NCBI GenBank assembly: GCA_964291395.2
Contig: OZ219858.1
Span: 1,088,001-1,152,000, forward strand
Direction: 5' to 3'
DNA from: Alphaproteobacteria bacterium
GTDB taxonomy: Bacteria; Pseudomonadota; Alphaproteobacteria; UBA2966
DNA length: 64,000 nucleotides
In this document: positions 49,986 to 59,342 of the stretch, piece after piece
Layout: each line of letters begins with the position of its first letter
Numbering within the stretch: the first letter of the stretch is position 1
Translations under genes and position numbers: made by a program
The notes under the pieces: model-generated
The model's input: only the letters and a program-made list of their open reading frames with translations
Told to the model about the DNA's origin: nothing
Databases searched by the model: none

Positions 49986-50789
49986 CTATTGAATTTCAAG
50001 TGCGTGGCCGACGCACAGCAAAGTGCAACCGACGTCCGTCGGTTCCGGCGCAAGTTTGACCGATGTTCCGGTTCCCCACCTCGCAAACACGCCCTCATTG
50101 ATTCGGACGACGGTATCGTCGAACCGCGCAGGAACCGAGCCTTGCACGCCGTAGACCCAGCAGCGCCGACGCGCCGGTATGAGATCCTCCGTGGCCTGCC
50201 AACCGGGCGGAATCTGAACGAGCGAGATCGGATGGCGGCGGGGGTCGTCGGTGTCTGCGTCAAGGCTGCGCCACGCCAAGCCCGCCGTTCGCGGATGTGG
50301 AGACCACGGGAGGGAATCGGTGTCGATAACGGTCGGCGACGTGAAGGACTCTCCAAAATCACCCGGGTCTGGAGAAAACGGCACCGGAATGCTCTCTTCC
50401 GGGTCTGTTTCGAACTCAGCGCCGCCGCTCGTCCATATCAGGAATTCGGCACCGTTGCGCGACTCCGGCGTCGGCCTTCGCCCGTGGATACTGAGCGGCC
50501 ACCGGTCCATGAACGTGCCGCGCCGATACACGAGGAGATGTCCGTCCAGATCGAGAGGTGAATCGTACTCCCAGCACGGCAGATCACCGTGAAGCCAGAA
50601 GAACGTCTCTCGGACGCTAAGGTGGAGTTGGCGCCCGGCAGGTGCGCCACCGGGCGGGACTTGCCGCAGATGGACATAGCCACCGGTGTCTTCGTCTCGG
50701 TCCAACACCTTGCGAGTCGATCCGGCGAGGACATGCGGTTCCCACGGAACCTCCGACGTGTCGATAATCGAAACGCCCGTGTTTGCCAC
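49986..50789 (-). CDS. Tandem cupin-like protein
   Basis: Internal repeat IIDTSEVPW / VIDTDSLPW, HLSVRE, RWPLSIHG. GTG start at 50789 is inferred. Confidence 0.65.
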   Translation of the reverse strand: MANTGVSIIDTSEVPWEPHVLAGSTRKVLDRDEDTGGYVHLRQVPPGGAPAGRQLHLSVRETFFWLHGDLPCWEYDSPLDLDGHLLVYRRGTFMDRWPLSIHGRRPTPESRNGAEFLIWTSGGAEFETDPEESIPVPFSPDPGDFGESFTSPTVIDTDSLPWSPHPRTAGLAWRSLDADTDDPRRHPISLVQIPPGWQATEDLIPARRRCWVYGVQGSVPARFDDTVVRINEGVFARWGTGTSVKLAPEPTDVGCTLLCVGHALEIQ

Positions 50790-50803
50790 AGTCGTCTCTC
50801 TGC

Positions 50804-51727
50804 CTAGAGCCGAACCGGGTTGGGCACGTCCGCGTTCCAAAACTTGGGCTTCGTCCGCAGGCCGCTGGAGCGCAACTTGAACACACGAATCGCATTCCCT
50901 CGCGCGACACTCTTGTAGGACGTGGGACGGAAGCCAAGATCGTTCATTTCGTTGACCGCTCGAACGGGATTGATCACCGGCCAGTCCGTGCCAAAAAGAA
51001 ATTTGTGCGAGCCGTAGGTATTGGCGTAGTGGACCATCCGCTCGGGCCAGTATCGCGGCGCATAGGCGTCTCCGCCGATGTAGATGTTCTCGTGTTTCCA
51101 CGCCATTGAGATCATCTCGTCGGTCCAAGGAACTCCGAGGTGGATGCCCAACAGACGCAATTCCGGGTAGAGAATGGCAATGCGGTCGAGCGTGATCGGT
51201 TGGGCCAGACTCGGCAAGCGACGGTGGCGTTGGTAGACCAGGTTGTGGCCAACCTGCATCATAATCGGGATGTCCAATTCGACGCACTTCGCGTAGATCG
51301 GAAAGACGTAGGGATGGTCCGGCGCCATTTCGAACCAGTGGGGATAGAAATGCGCGCCGACGAAGCCGTACTCCGCAACCGCTTTCTCAAGCTCATAGAG
51401 CTGCTTTATTCCCAACAGAGGGTTCACGCCGGCAAGACCTGAGAAACGGTCTGGATACTTGCTGCAGATGTCGTAGACGTACTTGTAGGGAATCTCGGTC
51501 GATCCCTTGACGTTCATATCGCCGCAGCGGGTTGCGATGAGCAGGGAGCGCTCAATCCCGGCGCGGTCCATCATTCTCAAGTAAGAGGGAATCGTGACCC
51601 CCTTGCGTACCGATCTGGGCTGGCGGATCTGATCTCGGAACGTATCGTCGCTTGGCGACTGCCCGCGCCGCACCACCGCCGGCGTGGTGACGTTGCACAC
51701 GATGTCGATCAAGCCCTTGACGCTCAC
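50804..51727 (-). CDS. Amidohydrolase-2 family protein
   Basis: MDRAGIE, YPDRFSGLAG, AHFYPHWF, PIYAKCVEL, MQVGH, IHLGVPW, FGTDWP. N-terminus IDIVCN lacks HxH. Confidence 0.88.
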   Translation of the reverse strand: MSVKGLIDIVCNVTTPAVVRRGQSPSDDTFRDQIRQPRSVRKGVTIPSYLRMMDRAGIERSLLIATRCGDMNVKGSTEIPYKYVYDICSKYPDRFSGLAGVNPLLGIKQLYELEKAVAEYGFVGAHFYPHWFEMAPDHPYVFPIYAKCVELDIPIMMQVGHNLVYQRHRRLPSLAQPITLDRIAILYPELRLLGIHLGVPWTDEMISMAWKHENIYIGGDAYAPRYWPERMVHYANTYGSHKFLFGTDWPVINPVRAVNEMNDLGFRPTSYKSVARGNAIRVFKLRSSGLRTKPKFWNADVPNPVRL

Positions 51728-51840
51728 GGAGGTTCGTCCCCTTGCCTATGTCTTCACCATGATAACGCGCCGCTGAGGCGCCGCAAGGCGAGGCAATTGT
51801 GGTTTGCGACGCTAGTCGCAGCCAACGTGGGCGATGTCAA

Positions 51841-52121
51841 CTACCGGATTGAGTCGGTTGCGCCGAACATGTCGTCATAGCTCAGCACGGGCATCGTCTC
51901 GACACGTCCCTATCCATCCTTGGCGTGCCATCAAGAAAAGGCGAGTATCGCAGCGTGACTCGTTGCGTCGACGATGTCGAAAAATCCTATCGGCTAAGCA
52001 GGTATCCCCCGAATTCGCGTTTGACGTCCAACTTTTCGAGAACAGCGCGGGTGACGTCCCGGCGCTTGAGTGGCTTGCCCATTCCGCCAGGGTCGTGTTT
52101 GCCAACAATCACGAATCTCAT
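51841..52121 (-). pseudogene. Decayed GYD-domain gene (paralogue of 34592-34873)
   Basis: MRFVIVGKHDP...LEKLDVK...R*DF/DIVD...AILAFS*WH.K.G*GRVETMPVLSYD: three stops and a frameshift. Confidence 0.8.
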
Positions 52122-52149
52122 ACCGTCCTCCCAGATGCCGCTGCGTGGG

Positions 52150-54117
52150 TTAGAGCGTGCGGGCGACGCGCACGGCATCAGTGGTCGCCGCCCAAAGGCC
52201 ACGCGGGGCGAGGCAATCCCCGACGGCGGTCGCGTTTTCCGGAAAGGGGTTCGACGCCGATCCGGTCGAGAGGATGATCTGATCAAAAGGACCGAGGCGC
52301 CGCCCCCCTCTAAGCGTGAGGTGGTTGTCTTCAATGGCCTCCACGAGGGCGCCTGCCTCAACGTGTATGGCGGCCTGACTGAGTCGTTCGGCGGCGCCCG
52401 CGAGTTCCCGCGTGAAATCCAGTTGGCTCTCCCCAAGCCGGAGTTCCGTGGTGACAACGGTGACATTGTCGACGGTGGCCGCTGCGGCGAGCGTTTCCGC
52501 CAAGGACACTGCGGGCCAGCCCCCTTCTTCGTCGATGACCGCCACTGAACCCGCGGCAGTTGCTGCGCCTGACATGATGTCCCGACCGTGCACCAACCCG
52601 CCGCTCCCGGGAATGCCTTGAACGAGGAACGGACGGAGGCGGAGCACAGCCGTCTGGCTGGCCGTCGAGCCGGTAGCCCAAATCAGGTGGTCGGCTTGCA
52701 GCGAGTTGTTGTCGTCAATCGCTTCACCGAGATGGACCTGCACGCCGAGCCGATCAAGCTCGTCCTTCCACCAGGCAATCACGGGAAGCATTTCGGATCG
52801 ATGGGGCGACCGCGCCGCGAGCAGCATCTGGCCACCAAGTTCGGAACCTGCCTCATGCAGGTGTACCGAATGGCCACGCAACCCGCACTGCCGGCTCACC
52901 TCTAGTCCCGCAGGACCGCCGCCCACCACGGCAACCTTTGTGCCTTTCGGTCCGCGCTTGATCGCCGGAAAATCGATCTCCCGCCCGGCCAAAGGGTTGA
53001 TCACACAAGATCCTGGGATCCCGCGAAAGGCGAAGCCGGCGCAAGCCTGACTGCAGGACATGCACGGCCGGATCGTGGACTCGCGCCCGGCCATTATCTT
53101 CTTCATCCACTCAGGCTCGGCGATCCACGTTCGCGCCATGGCCACAACATCCGCCGACCCGTCTGCGATGACTTTCTCGGCTTCGGACGCCGTGCGGATG
53201 CGTCCCGCGATGATGATCGGTGTAGTCATCGCAGCCTTGAACCGTGCGCCCTCTGCGGCAAGTTGCGACCGTTTCGTGTCCATGGGTGGGATGGTCTCGT
53301 GGCCCGCCCATCGGGATCCGGACAACAGGCTGACCCAATCCGTCAAACCGCGCTCCGATATCATCTGCATCGCCTCAATCGAGTTCTCGATCGTGTAGTC
53401 GATTGGGGCGTGCGGCAGGTGATGCGACGTCGAGGTACGTACACCGACGGCGATTTGGCCGGCGACGGCGTCGCGGATTGTTTCGAGGATCTCGACGACG
53501 ATACGCATCCGGTTCTTGGCGCTGCCGCCGTATTCGTCGTCCCGATGGTTCAGAGCCGGCGACAGGAAAGATCCCACGAGATAGCCGGTTGCGGTCTGTA
53601 CCTCGACGGCGTCGAGACCGGCGCGCGCGCACCGCGAGGCCGCGGTGCCGTATGCCGCTACGATTTCGCGAATTTCGGACCGCAAAAGCGCTCGCGGCGT
53701 CTCGCGCGACAAATTCGGAATTTGCGAGGCGGAAACCGCCGGCATTCCGTCGAGGAAACTGACGTTGTGACCGCCGTGCCAAAGGGTGATCGACAGCTTC
53801 GATCCGTGTCTGTGAATCTGGTCCGCAAGGCGCGCCAAGCTCGGAATCACAGCATCATCGAACAGTCGAATGTCCAAGGTCTTAGTCCCCGAACTTTTGT
53901 GAATGGGCGCAGATTCCGTGCCGACGAGGGCGGCCCCGCCTTTCGCCCGCTCAACAAGATAGCGCTGATAGCGGCGGCTCACTTTTCCCGATTTGTCGCC
54001 CAGGCCCAACTGGTGGGCGCTCATGACGGCACGGTGCGCCAGAGTCATCGGACCGAGCTTGACCGGCGCCAGCAAATGCGGATAGCGGTTCTTGGGGTCG
54101 GGCCCTGCCTCGTTCAT
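52150..54117 (-). CDS. Old-yellow-enzyme-family NADH:flavin oxidoreductase with 4Fe-4S and FAD domains
   Basis: ERAKGG, FLSPALNHRDDEYGGS, CMSCSQAC...C, VVGGGPAG. Confidence 0.9.
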   Translation of the reverse strand: MNEAGPDPKNRYPHLLAPVKLGPMTLAHRAVMSAHQLGLGDKSGKVSRRYQRYLVERAKGGAALVGTESAPIHKSSGTKTLDIRLFDDAVIPSLARLADQIHRHGSKLSITLWHGGHNVSFLDGMPAVSASQIPNLSRETPRALLRSEIREIVAAYGTAASRCARAGLDAVEVQTATGYLVGSFLSPALNHRDDEYGGSAKNRMRIVVEILETIRDAVAGQIAVGVRTSTSHHLPHAPIDYTIENSIEAMQMISERGLTDWVSLLSGSRWAGHETIPPMDTKRSQLAAEGARFKAAMTTPIIIAGRIRTASEAEKVIADGSADVVAMARTWIAEPEWMKKIMAGRESTIRPCMSCSQACAGFAFRGIPGSCVINPLAGREIDFPAIKRGPKGTKVAVVGGGPAGLEVSRQCGLRGHSVHLHEAGSELGGQMLLAARSPHRSEMLPVIAWWKDELDRLGVQVHLGEAIDDNNSLQADHLIWATGSTASQTAVLRLRPFLVQGIPGSGGLVHGRDIMSGAATAAGSVAVIDEEGGWPAVSLAETLAAAATVDNVTVVTTELRLGESQLDFTRELAGAAERLSQAAIHVEAGALVEAIEDNHLTLRGGRRLGPFDQIILSTGSASNPFPENATAVGDCLAPRGLWAATTDAVRVARTL

Positions 54118-54962
54118 GGCGCTACCGTCCCCTCCCGAATCACGCTATTGGCCCACGGCTTTTTCCAAGCGAGCTCGTGACAGCGTCCACCAATTGGCGT
54201 CGCATCTGCCAGGAACTGCAATTCGTCGGCGAACGGTCGGAACGCAACTGGTCCAGACCACAAGTTCTGTACGACCACGTCTTCCATCACCGTGCCGACC
54301 AAACGGCGCGCAACGGTGAGGTCCACGGGATGCATTTGGATCGTCTCAGTGAAATAAAGATTAGCTTCAGCTTGTAGGGGAAATGCAGGCGGCTGGCCGC
54401 ATTCGCCGGGAATATCTCCCGCGCGTTCCAATTCGACCCGCATTTCGAACAGGGACCGATGCCCCCGTGAGGCTAGGCCCGTCACGACGTCCCCGGCCTG
54501 CCATCCGCGGAAGGGTTGTCGCGAAATGCTGATTTCGCCCCGCCGCTGCCGCCATCCGTACATCTCTCTGCCAACGGCGATTTCAGCGTCGTTGTCCGTC
54601 CACAGGTAGAGCGACCAGTAGGCCGGTTCGCCGTTGTGCCGTGTCATCACGCCGATGACCGCCTCTTTGACTTGGCTCAAATCGGGGTTCTCGAGAACAA
54701 AATTGGGCTCAAGGCCGCAGTCCGATACGAGATCCAACGCGCTGAGGTGCACTACGCCTGCGTCGTCGATCTGCAATGGTGCGGGCAGGTACGGTGCCAG
54801 GATCGCCAGATCGCAGCGGGCGACCACACGCGCCGCGTACCCTTCGAAATGCCATCGGGGCGACCCGTAAAGCGCGTGGCGCCCCTCTAAAGCCGCAGGT
54901 GCGGAAGAAGCACCGCCATGATTTGATGAGTGCGTCACTTTGGAGATGCCCCTCGCCGCCAA
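54114..54962 (-). CDS. Acetoacetate-decarboxylase-like superfamily protein (copy C; possible N-terminal frameshift)
   Basis: ALYGSPRWHFEG, AVGREMYGWRQ, LAWKKPW. The WRCF matching the paralogues' WRGF lies in another frame near 54910. Confidence 0.75.
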   Translation of the reverse strand: MAARGISKVTHSSNHGGASSAPAALEGRHALYGSPRWHFEGYAARVVARCDLAILAPYLPAPLQIDDAGVVHLSALDLVSDCGLEPNFVLENPDLSQVKEAVIGVMTRHNGEPAYWSLYLWTDNDAEIAVGREMYGWRQRRGEISISRQPFRGWQAGDVVTGLASRGHRSLFEMRVELERAGDIPGECGQPPAFPLQAEANLYFTETIQMHPVDLTVARRLVGTVMEDVVVQNLWSGPVAFRPFADELQFLADATPIGGRCHELAWKKPWANSVIREGTVAP

Positions 54963-55020
54963 ACCACGCCCCGTGGGGGAAGCGGCCCCGCCTAGAAGCC
55001 ATCATACGAAACGGCTCGCT

Positions 55021-55170
55021 TCAGGCGATACCGTTTTCTGAGTAGCCGTCGGCGACAACAAGAACGCTGGCCGTCATGTAGAACGATGCCTCAGAGGCAA
55101 GCAGAAGAAGAACGTCACCCAGTACCGTGTAGTCGCCAGCCCGGCCAAAGGGAACGCGCGCGATCGTCCA
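55021..55170 (-). pseudogene. SDR C-terminal fragment
   Basis: RVPFGRAG.....DVLLLLASEASFYMTASVLVV.DGY. Confidence 0.65.
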
Positions 55171-55199
55171 TGGGCGACAATCGGAGCTACGACGCCGGT

Positions 55200-55505
55200 A
55201 CTCGACGCCAAGCTCAGTGTGATAGCCGCCGGGCATGTAATGAATATCGACTGCGCTCATATAACGTGGAATCGGGAGGTTCGGATCGAGGTGCAGCTCA
55301 CCATCCCATTTCCGCCGGCTGCGATAAATTCGGTCTTGCTTGCTTAGTCCGCCGGTCTGCCGGTCGACACACTGACCGGTACTATCCCAAATCTTTGTCC
55401 TGAGACGTCCGGCAGAGCGAACTCACATACTGATAGAACGGCTATTTCTTGATGGCTTTGCGAATCTCGCTGCGATCCGGCTCCCGCCGGAGCTTTTTTC
55501 ATCGC
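55200..55505 (-). pseudogene. Decayed paralogue of the 37007-38191 methyltransferase
   Basis: RREPDRSEIRKAIKK*PFYQYVSSLCRTSQD/IWDSTG ... LHLDPNLPIPRYMSAVDIHYMPGGYHTE aligns by eye with the intact copy. Confidence 0.75.
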
Positions 55506-55549
55506 CCGCGGTCGCACCGACCGCTCAGAAACGTGGCGGCTCCCGACGT

Positions 55550-56173
55550 TCAGCGGTTAGAGAGTTCGTCCCACGCCTCCGCAACATCATCGACCGTGAC
55601 GATACGGGCGAACAGTAATCCCAACGTGTTGATCGCATGATCGTGGCGGGATTGTTCCATTTCGGCGGTCGCGTCGGAAACCACAAACGTTCGGTAGTCA
55701 AATTGACTGGCGTCCCGGGCCGTGGTTTCGACGCACATGTTCGTCGTAATGCCGCAAATGACGATGCTCCGTATGCCTTGGTCACGCAGTATGGTATCGA
55801 GTGGGGTTCCAATAAAGGCGCTGGGCCGGTTCTTGTCGATGACGATATCGTTCCCAGCCGGCGCGAGGGCATCAATGATTTCGACGTCCCACGTGCCGGC
55901 GGCGAGGCTGTTCGTCGTCATCGTGTTGGGCAAGAGTTCGCGGACGCGGACGCCGGCATCGCGGTAATCGGCCCGGAAAACGAAGCGCGTCTGGACGATG
56001 GGAACCCGGCTCGTCCTTGCCAGGGCGATCAGGCGGCCGCAAGGTTCGACGGCGGCCCTCAATCTCGTTGTGTCAAAGCCGCGGCGGACCATCGACCCAC
56101 GATCATCGAGAAACGCGTTCTGCATGTCGATGACAAGCAGTGCTGTATCATGCCGATCGAGGGTCATTACCAT
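55550..56173 (-). CDS. Isochorismatase/cysteine hydrolase (RutB-like)
   Basis: ALLVIDMQNAF, IDKNRPSAF, GITTNMCVETTARDA. Confidence 0.9.
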   Translation of the reverse strand: MVMTLDRHDTALLVIDMQNAFLDDRGSMVRRGFDTTRLRAAVEPCGRLIALARTSRVPIVQTRFVFRADYRDAGVRVRELLPNTMTTNSLAAGTWDVEIIDALAPAGNDIVIDKNRPSAFIGTPLDTILRDQGIRSIVICGITTNMCVETTARDASQFDYRTFVVSDATAEMEQSRHDHAINTLGLLFARIVTVDDVAEAWDELSNR

Positions 56174-56293
56174 GGAGTGGTTCCCTTGCGTTTTCCGACC
56201 GTAGCATACGGCGCCGGCGGTGGGTAACGGCGCAGCGATCAGCCGCCGTAATGGGCCCGGGGCGTTTGGTCATTTCGTGCGGGCGCTGGCGGC

Positions 56294-57922
56294 ATGACCG
56301 AACAAATCGAGGCGGACTACATCGTCGTCGGCGCCGGGTCCGCAGGTTGTGTAGTGGCCACTCGCTTGTCCGAGGATTCCGGCGCACGCGTTCTCCTTCT
56401 CGAGGCTGGTGGTGCCGACTGGAATCCCCTCATCCGCGTGCCATTGCTTACGCGCGTGCTTTTCAATCTTCCATCCCTGAACTGGGGCTACGAGACGGAA
56501 GCCGAGCCAGGGCTCGACGGACGGCGGTTGTTGTGGCCGCGTGGCAAAGTGCTGGGCGGAACGTCGTCGATTAACGGGATGACATATATCAGAGGCCATC
56601 CCCGCGACTTTGACGATTGGAGCGAGGGCGGCTGCGCCGGTTGGGGCTATGAAGATGTGTTGCCCTATTTCCGCCGCTCTGAGCGCAATTCCAAAGGTCC
56701 TCCCTATCACGGCACCGGCGGAGAGATGGGCGTCAGCCGGGTGCCCTTCGTTCATCCCCTTGACATGTGTTTCATGGAGGCCTGTGCAGCCTTGGGGCTG
56801 CCCGGGACGCCGGATTTCAACGGTGCGCAACAGGAGGGCTACGGTCTGCATGACTTCACGATCGATCATGGCCGCCGCCAAAGTACATCGGCTGCCTTTC
56901 TTGCGCCCGTCAAGAGACGTCCGAACCTGAGGATCAAGTTGCGCGCTTTGGCGACACGGGTCGTCGTCGAGCACGGCCGCGCCGCCGCAATCGAGTTCCA
57001 GCGCAACGGACGCATGGGCGTCGCGCGAGCGCATCGCGAAATCATCCTGTGTGGCGGCACCGTAAACTCCCCACAGCTTCTTATGCTCTCCGGCATCGGT
57101 GACCCGGCCGAACTCCGCCGGCACGACATACCCGTCCGCGCGAACTTACCAGGCGTCGGGTCCAATCTGCAGGACCATCTTGGCATCTATGTGGCCGTAG
57201 AATGCACCCAGCCGATCACGCTTCGCCGCCAGCTACGCTACGACCGGGTGGGGCTCTCTGTTGCTCGCGCCTTGCTTCTGTCCACCGGTCCGGCGACGGC
57301 AATCCCAATTAGCGCGTGTGCGTTCCTGCGGACGAGCAGCGATCTAAACATCCCCGACGTGCAGCTGACGCTTCTTCCCGGTTTGGTTTTGAAGAACCCA
57401 TGGCGGAGACCGAATCGGCATGGCTTCATCGTCAACGTCTATCAGCTGCGGCCGCACAGCCGGGGTACCATTGCATTGCGATCGCCCGATCCTGCCGACA
57501 AGCCGGTGATCCGGGGCGGCTACCTCGCGGACCCACGAGATCGGCAGGCCTTACACGACGGCCTGCGGCTCGTGCGCCGCATCATCGCCCAGCGACCGTT
57601 CGAGCCCGTTCGAGGCAAGGAAATCTCTCCAGGCAGCGGCGTAGAGTCGGACGATGCCGTCGACGCCTGGATCAGGGCCAACGCAACGACCTTCTATCAT
57701 CCGGTCGGAACGTGCCGGATGGGCACCGACCCGCACTCGGTTGTCGATGCAGAACTGCGCGTCCGCGGCATCGGAGGCCTCAGGATCGCCGACGCATCAA
57801 TCATGCCGACGATCACAGGCGGCAATACCAATGCCGCGACAATCATGATCGCGGAAAAAGCGTCGGATTTGGTTAGCGGACGCAGCATGGCCCGTGATCC
57901 TTACCCTCAGGCTGGCGCCTAG
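56294..57922 (+). CDS. GMC-family FAD oxidoreductase
   Basis: DYIVVGAGSAG, RGKVLGGTSSING, NLQDH, YHPVGTCRMG, GGNTNA. Confidence 0.93.
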   Translation: MTEQIEADYIVVGAGSAGCVVATRLSEDSGARVLLLEAGGADWNPLIRVPLLTRVLFNLPSLNWGYETEAEPGLDGRRLLWPRGKVLGGTSSINGMTYIRGHPRDFDDWSEGGCAGWGYEDVLPYFRRSERNSKGPPYHGTGGEMGVSRVPFVHPLDMCFMEACAALGLPGTPDFNGAQQEGYGLHDFTIDHGRRQSTSAAFLAPVKRRPNLRIKLRALATRVVVEHGRAAAIEFQRNGRMGVARAHREIILCGGTVNSPQLLMLSGIGDPAELRRHDIPVRANLPGVGSNLQDHLGIYVAVECTQPITLRRQLRYDRVGLSVARALLLSTGPATAIPISACAFLRTSSDLNIPDVQLTLLPGLVLKNPWRRPNRHGFIVNVYQLRPHSRGTIALRSPDPADKPVIRGGYLADPRDRQALHDGLRLVRRIIAQRPFEPVRGKEISPGSGVESDDAVDAWIRANATTFYHPVGTCRMGTDPHSVVDAELRVRGIGGLRIADASIMPTITGGNTNAATIMIAEKASDLVSGRSMARDPYPQAGA

Positions 57923-57931
57923 GGTTGCCCT

Positions 57932-58195
57932 CTAGGACGGGAGATTGAGGATGCGCCGCGCATCGCCCTGAAGATATTTCTGCTTGGCCGTATCCGTAAA
58001 TCCGAGACCGTCGACCATGTTCATGAGTTCGACAAGGGGGTCGCAGCCTGGATACGCGCTGCTGTACAGGATTTGGTCCTCAAGGATGCCATTGGCCGCC
58101 GTCACGATGTCCTGCGCGCCGGGATATCCATAGTGCACGTACTGGCTCGGCACGAGGTTCACGTTTGACTGCTCGTAGGCGAGGCCGATCGCATC
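57932..58195 (-). pseudogene. C-terminal fragment of an amidohydrolase paralogous to 26567-27403
   Basis: AIGLAYEQSNVNLVPSQYVHY...AANGILEDQILYSSAYP...KYLQGDARRIL vs AIGLCYKRPNVYLVPGQYIHY...AANRQLSDQIMYGSVYP...KYLEGNARRLL. Confidence 0.8.
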
Positions 58196-58352
58196 ACCCA
58201 GCACGTCCACATCCTGGAGATGAACGGCGAGAGCTACAGACTCTGCGAAAGCCGACCGCAGCGTCGACGCCCGACCGAATAACCCCACCTGCCCCGTGGG
58301 CCCACAGGCACATCCCACGCGGACTGTGTTATTTCTTTGAAATTAGTGTTGA
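58195..58352. mobile_element. Probable IS21-like end remnant truncating the amidohydrolase
   Basis: Antisense text AESVALAVHLQDVDVLG of the kind seen at IS21 ends, then end-like TTTGAAATTAGTGTTGAT. Confidence 0.4.
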
Positions 58353-58451
58353 TCGGCGCCAGAGTGTGACCCTACAGGGTCAAAGTCAGGCGCCGAAAAC
58401 AAGCAATGGCAGTAGCGGCAACTACTCGCGAAAGTGAATGCAGGGGAACAA

Positions 58452-59342
58452 TCACCTCTGCATTCCCCACAAATCGACGGTGCGCTTCTCGATACCTCGA
58501 AAAATTACAGTCTCTACTAGCAGTCCAATGATTATCACAACGAACAATCCGGCGAAAACACGTGAAGTTTCGAGATGGGCACGAGCTTCAAAAATATACC
58601 ATCCGATCCCGCCAGATCGTGACGAGACACCAAATATCAATTCGGCAGCAACCAAAGTGCGCCACGCAAATGCCCACCCAATTTTCATTCCTGCCAGGAT
58701 TGAGGGAAACGCCGCGGGTATGAGAATAAGAGCGATATAAAGTGGACCACTCAGACCGAAATTACGTCCACTCATCCGCAATGTTTCCGGAACAGCACGG
58801 AACCCTGTCAACGTGTTCAGGGCAACAGCCCACAGGACCGAATGTATCAGAATGAACACGAGAGAAGCTGGGCCCAAACCAAACCAGATCAAGGCCAAGG
58901 GTAGCAATGCGATTGCTGGGAGAGGGTTGAACATGGCGGTGAGTGTCGACAAGAGCCGTGCGCCTACTTCAGTCGCCACCGCGAGCGCTGTGAACAACCC
59001 GGCGCAGGCGAGCCCGAGCACATACCCCATTGCCAAGGTGCTCAGGGATGTTTGGATACGGTCTGGCAGAAATCCACTGGCTACGTCCTCATAGAATACA
59101 CGCAACGTCTCCGTGAAAGTCGGGAACAAGAGCGGATTATCAAGAAAAATTGCATAGATCTGCCATGTCGTGATCAACCCCAGCAGAATCGCCACACGTT
59201 GGGCGAAATCGCTGCGCAAAACGCGACTCACCAGAGACAAGGGGCGTTCGTATGCCGTGTTGCTGTCGACTTCGATGGGCTGGCACTCGAAATCAGGCCT
59301 TTCGGCATGTTTCGAGGCCTTACTGACAGAGTGGTCGCTCAT
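58452..59342 (-). CDS. SsuC/TauC-type ABC permease
   Basis: NPLPAIALLPLALIWFGLG, GWAFAWRTLVAAE. Confidence 0.9.
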   Translation of the reverse strand: MSDHSVSKASKHAERPDFECQPIEVDSNTAYERPLSLVSRVLRSDFAQRVAILLGLITTWQIYAIFLDNPLLFPTFTETLRVFYEDVASGFLPDRIQTSLSTLAMGYVLGLACAGLFTALAVATEVGARLLSTLTAMFNPLPAIALLPLALIWFGLGPASLVFILIHSVLWAVALNTLTGFRAVPETLRMSGRNFGLSGPLYIALILIPAAFPSILAGMKIGWAFAWRTLVAAELIFGVSSRSGGIGWYIFEARAHLETSRVFAGLFVVIIIGLLVETVIFRGIEKRTVDLWGMQR

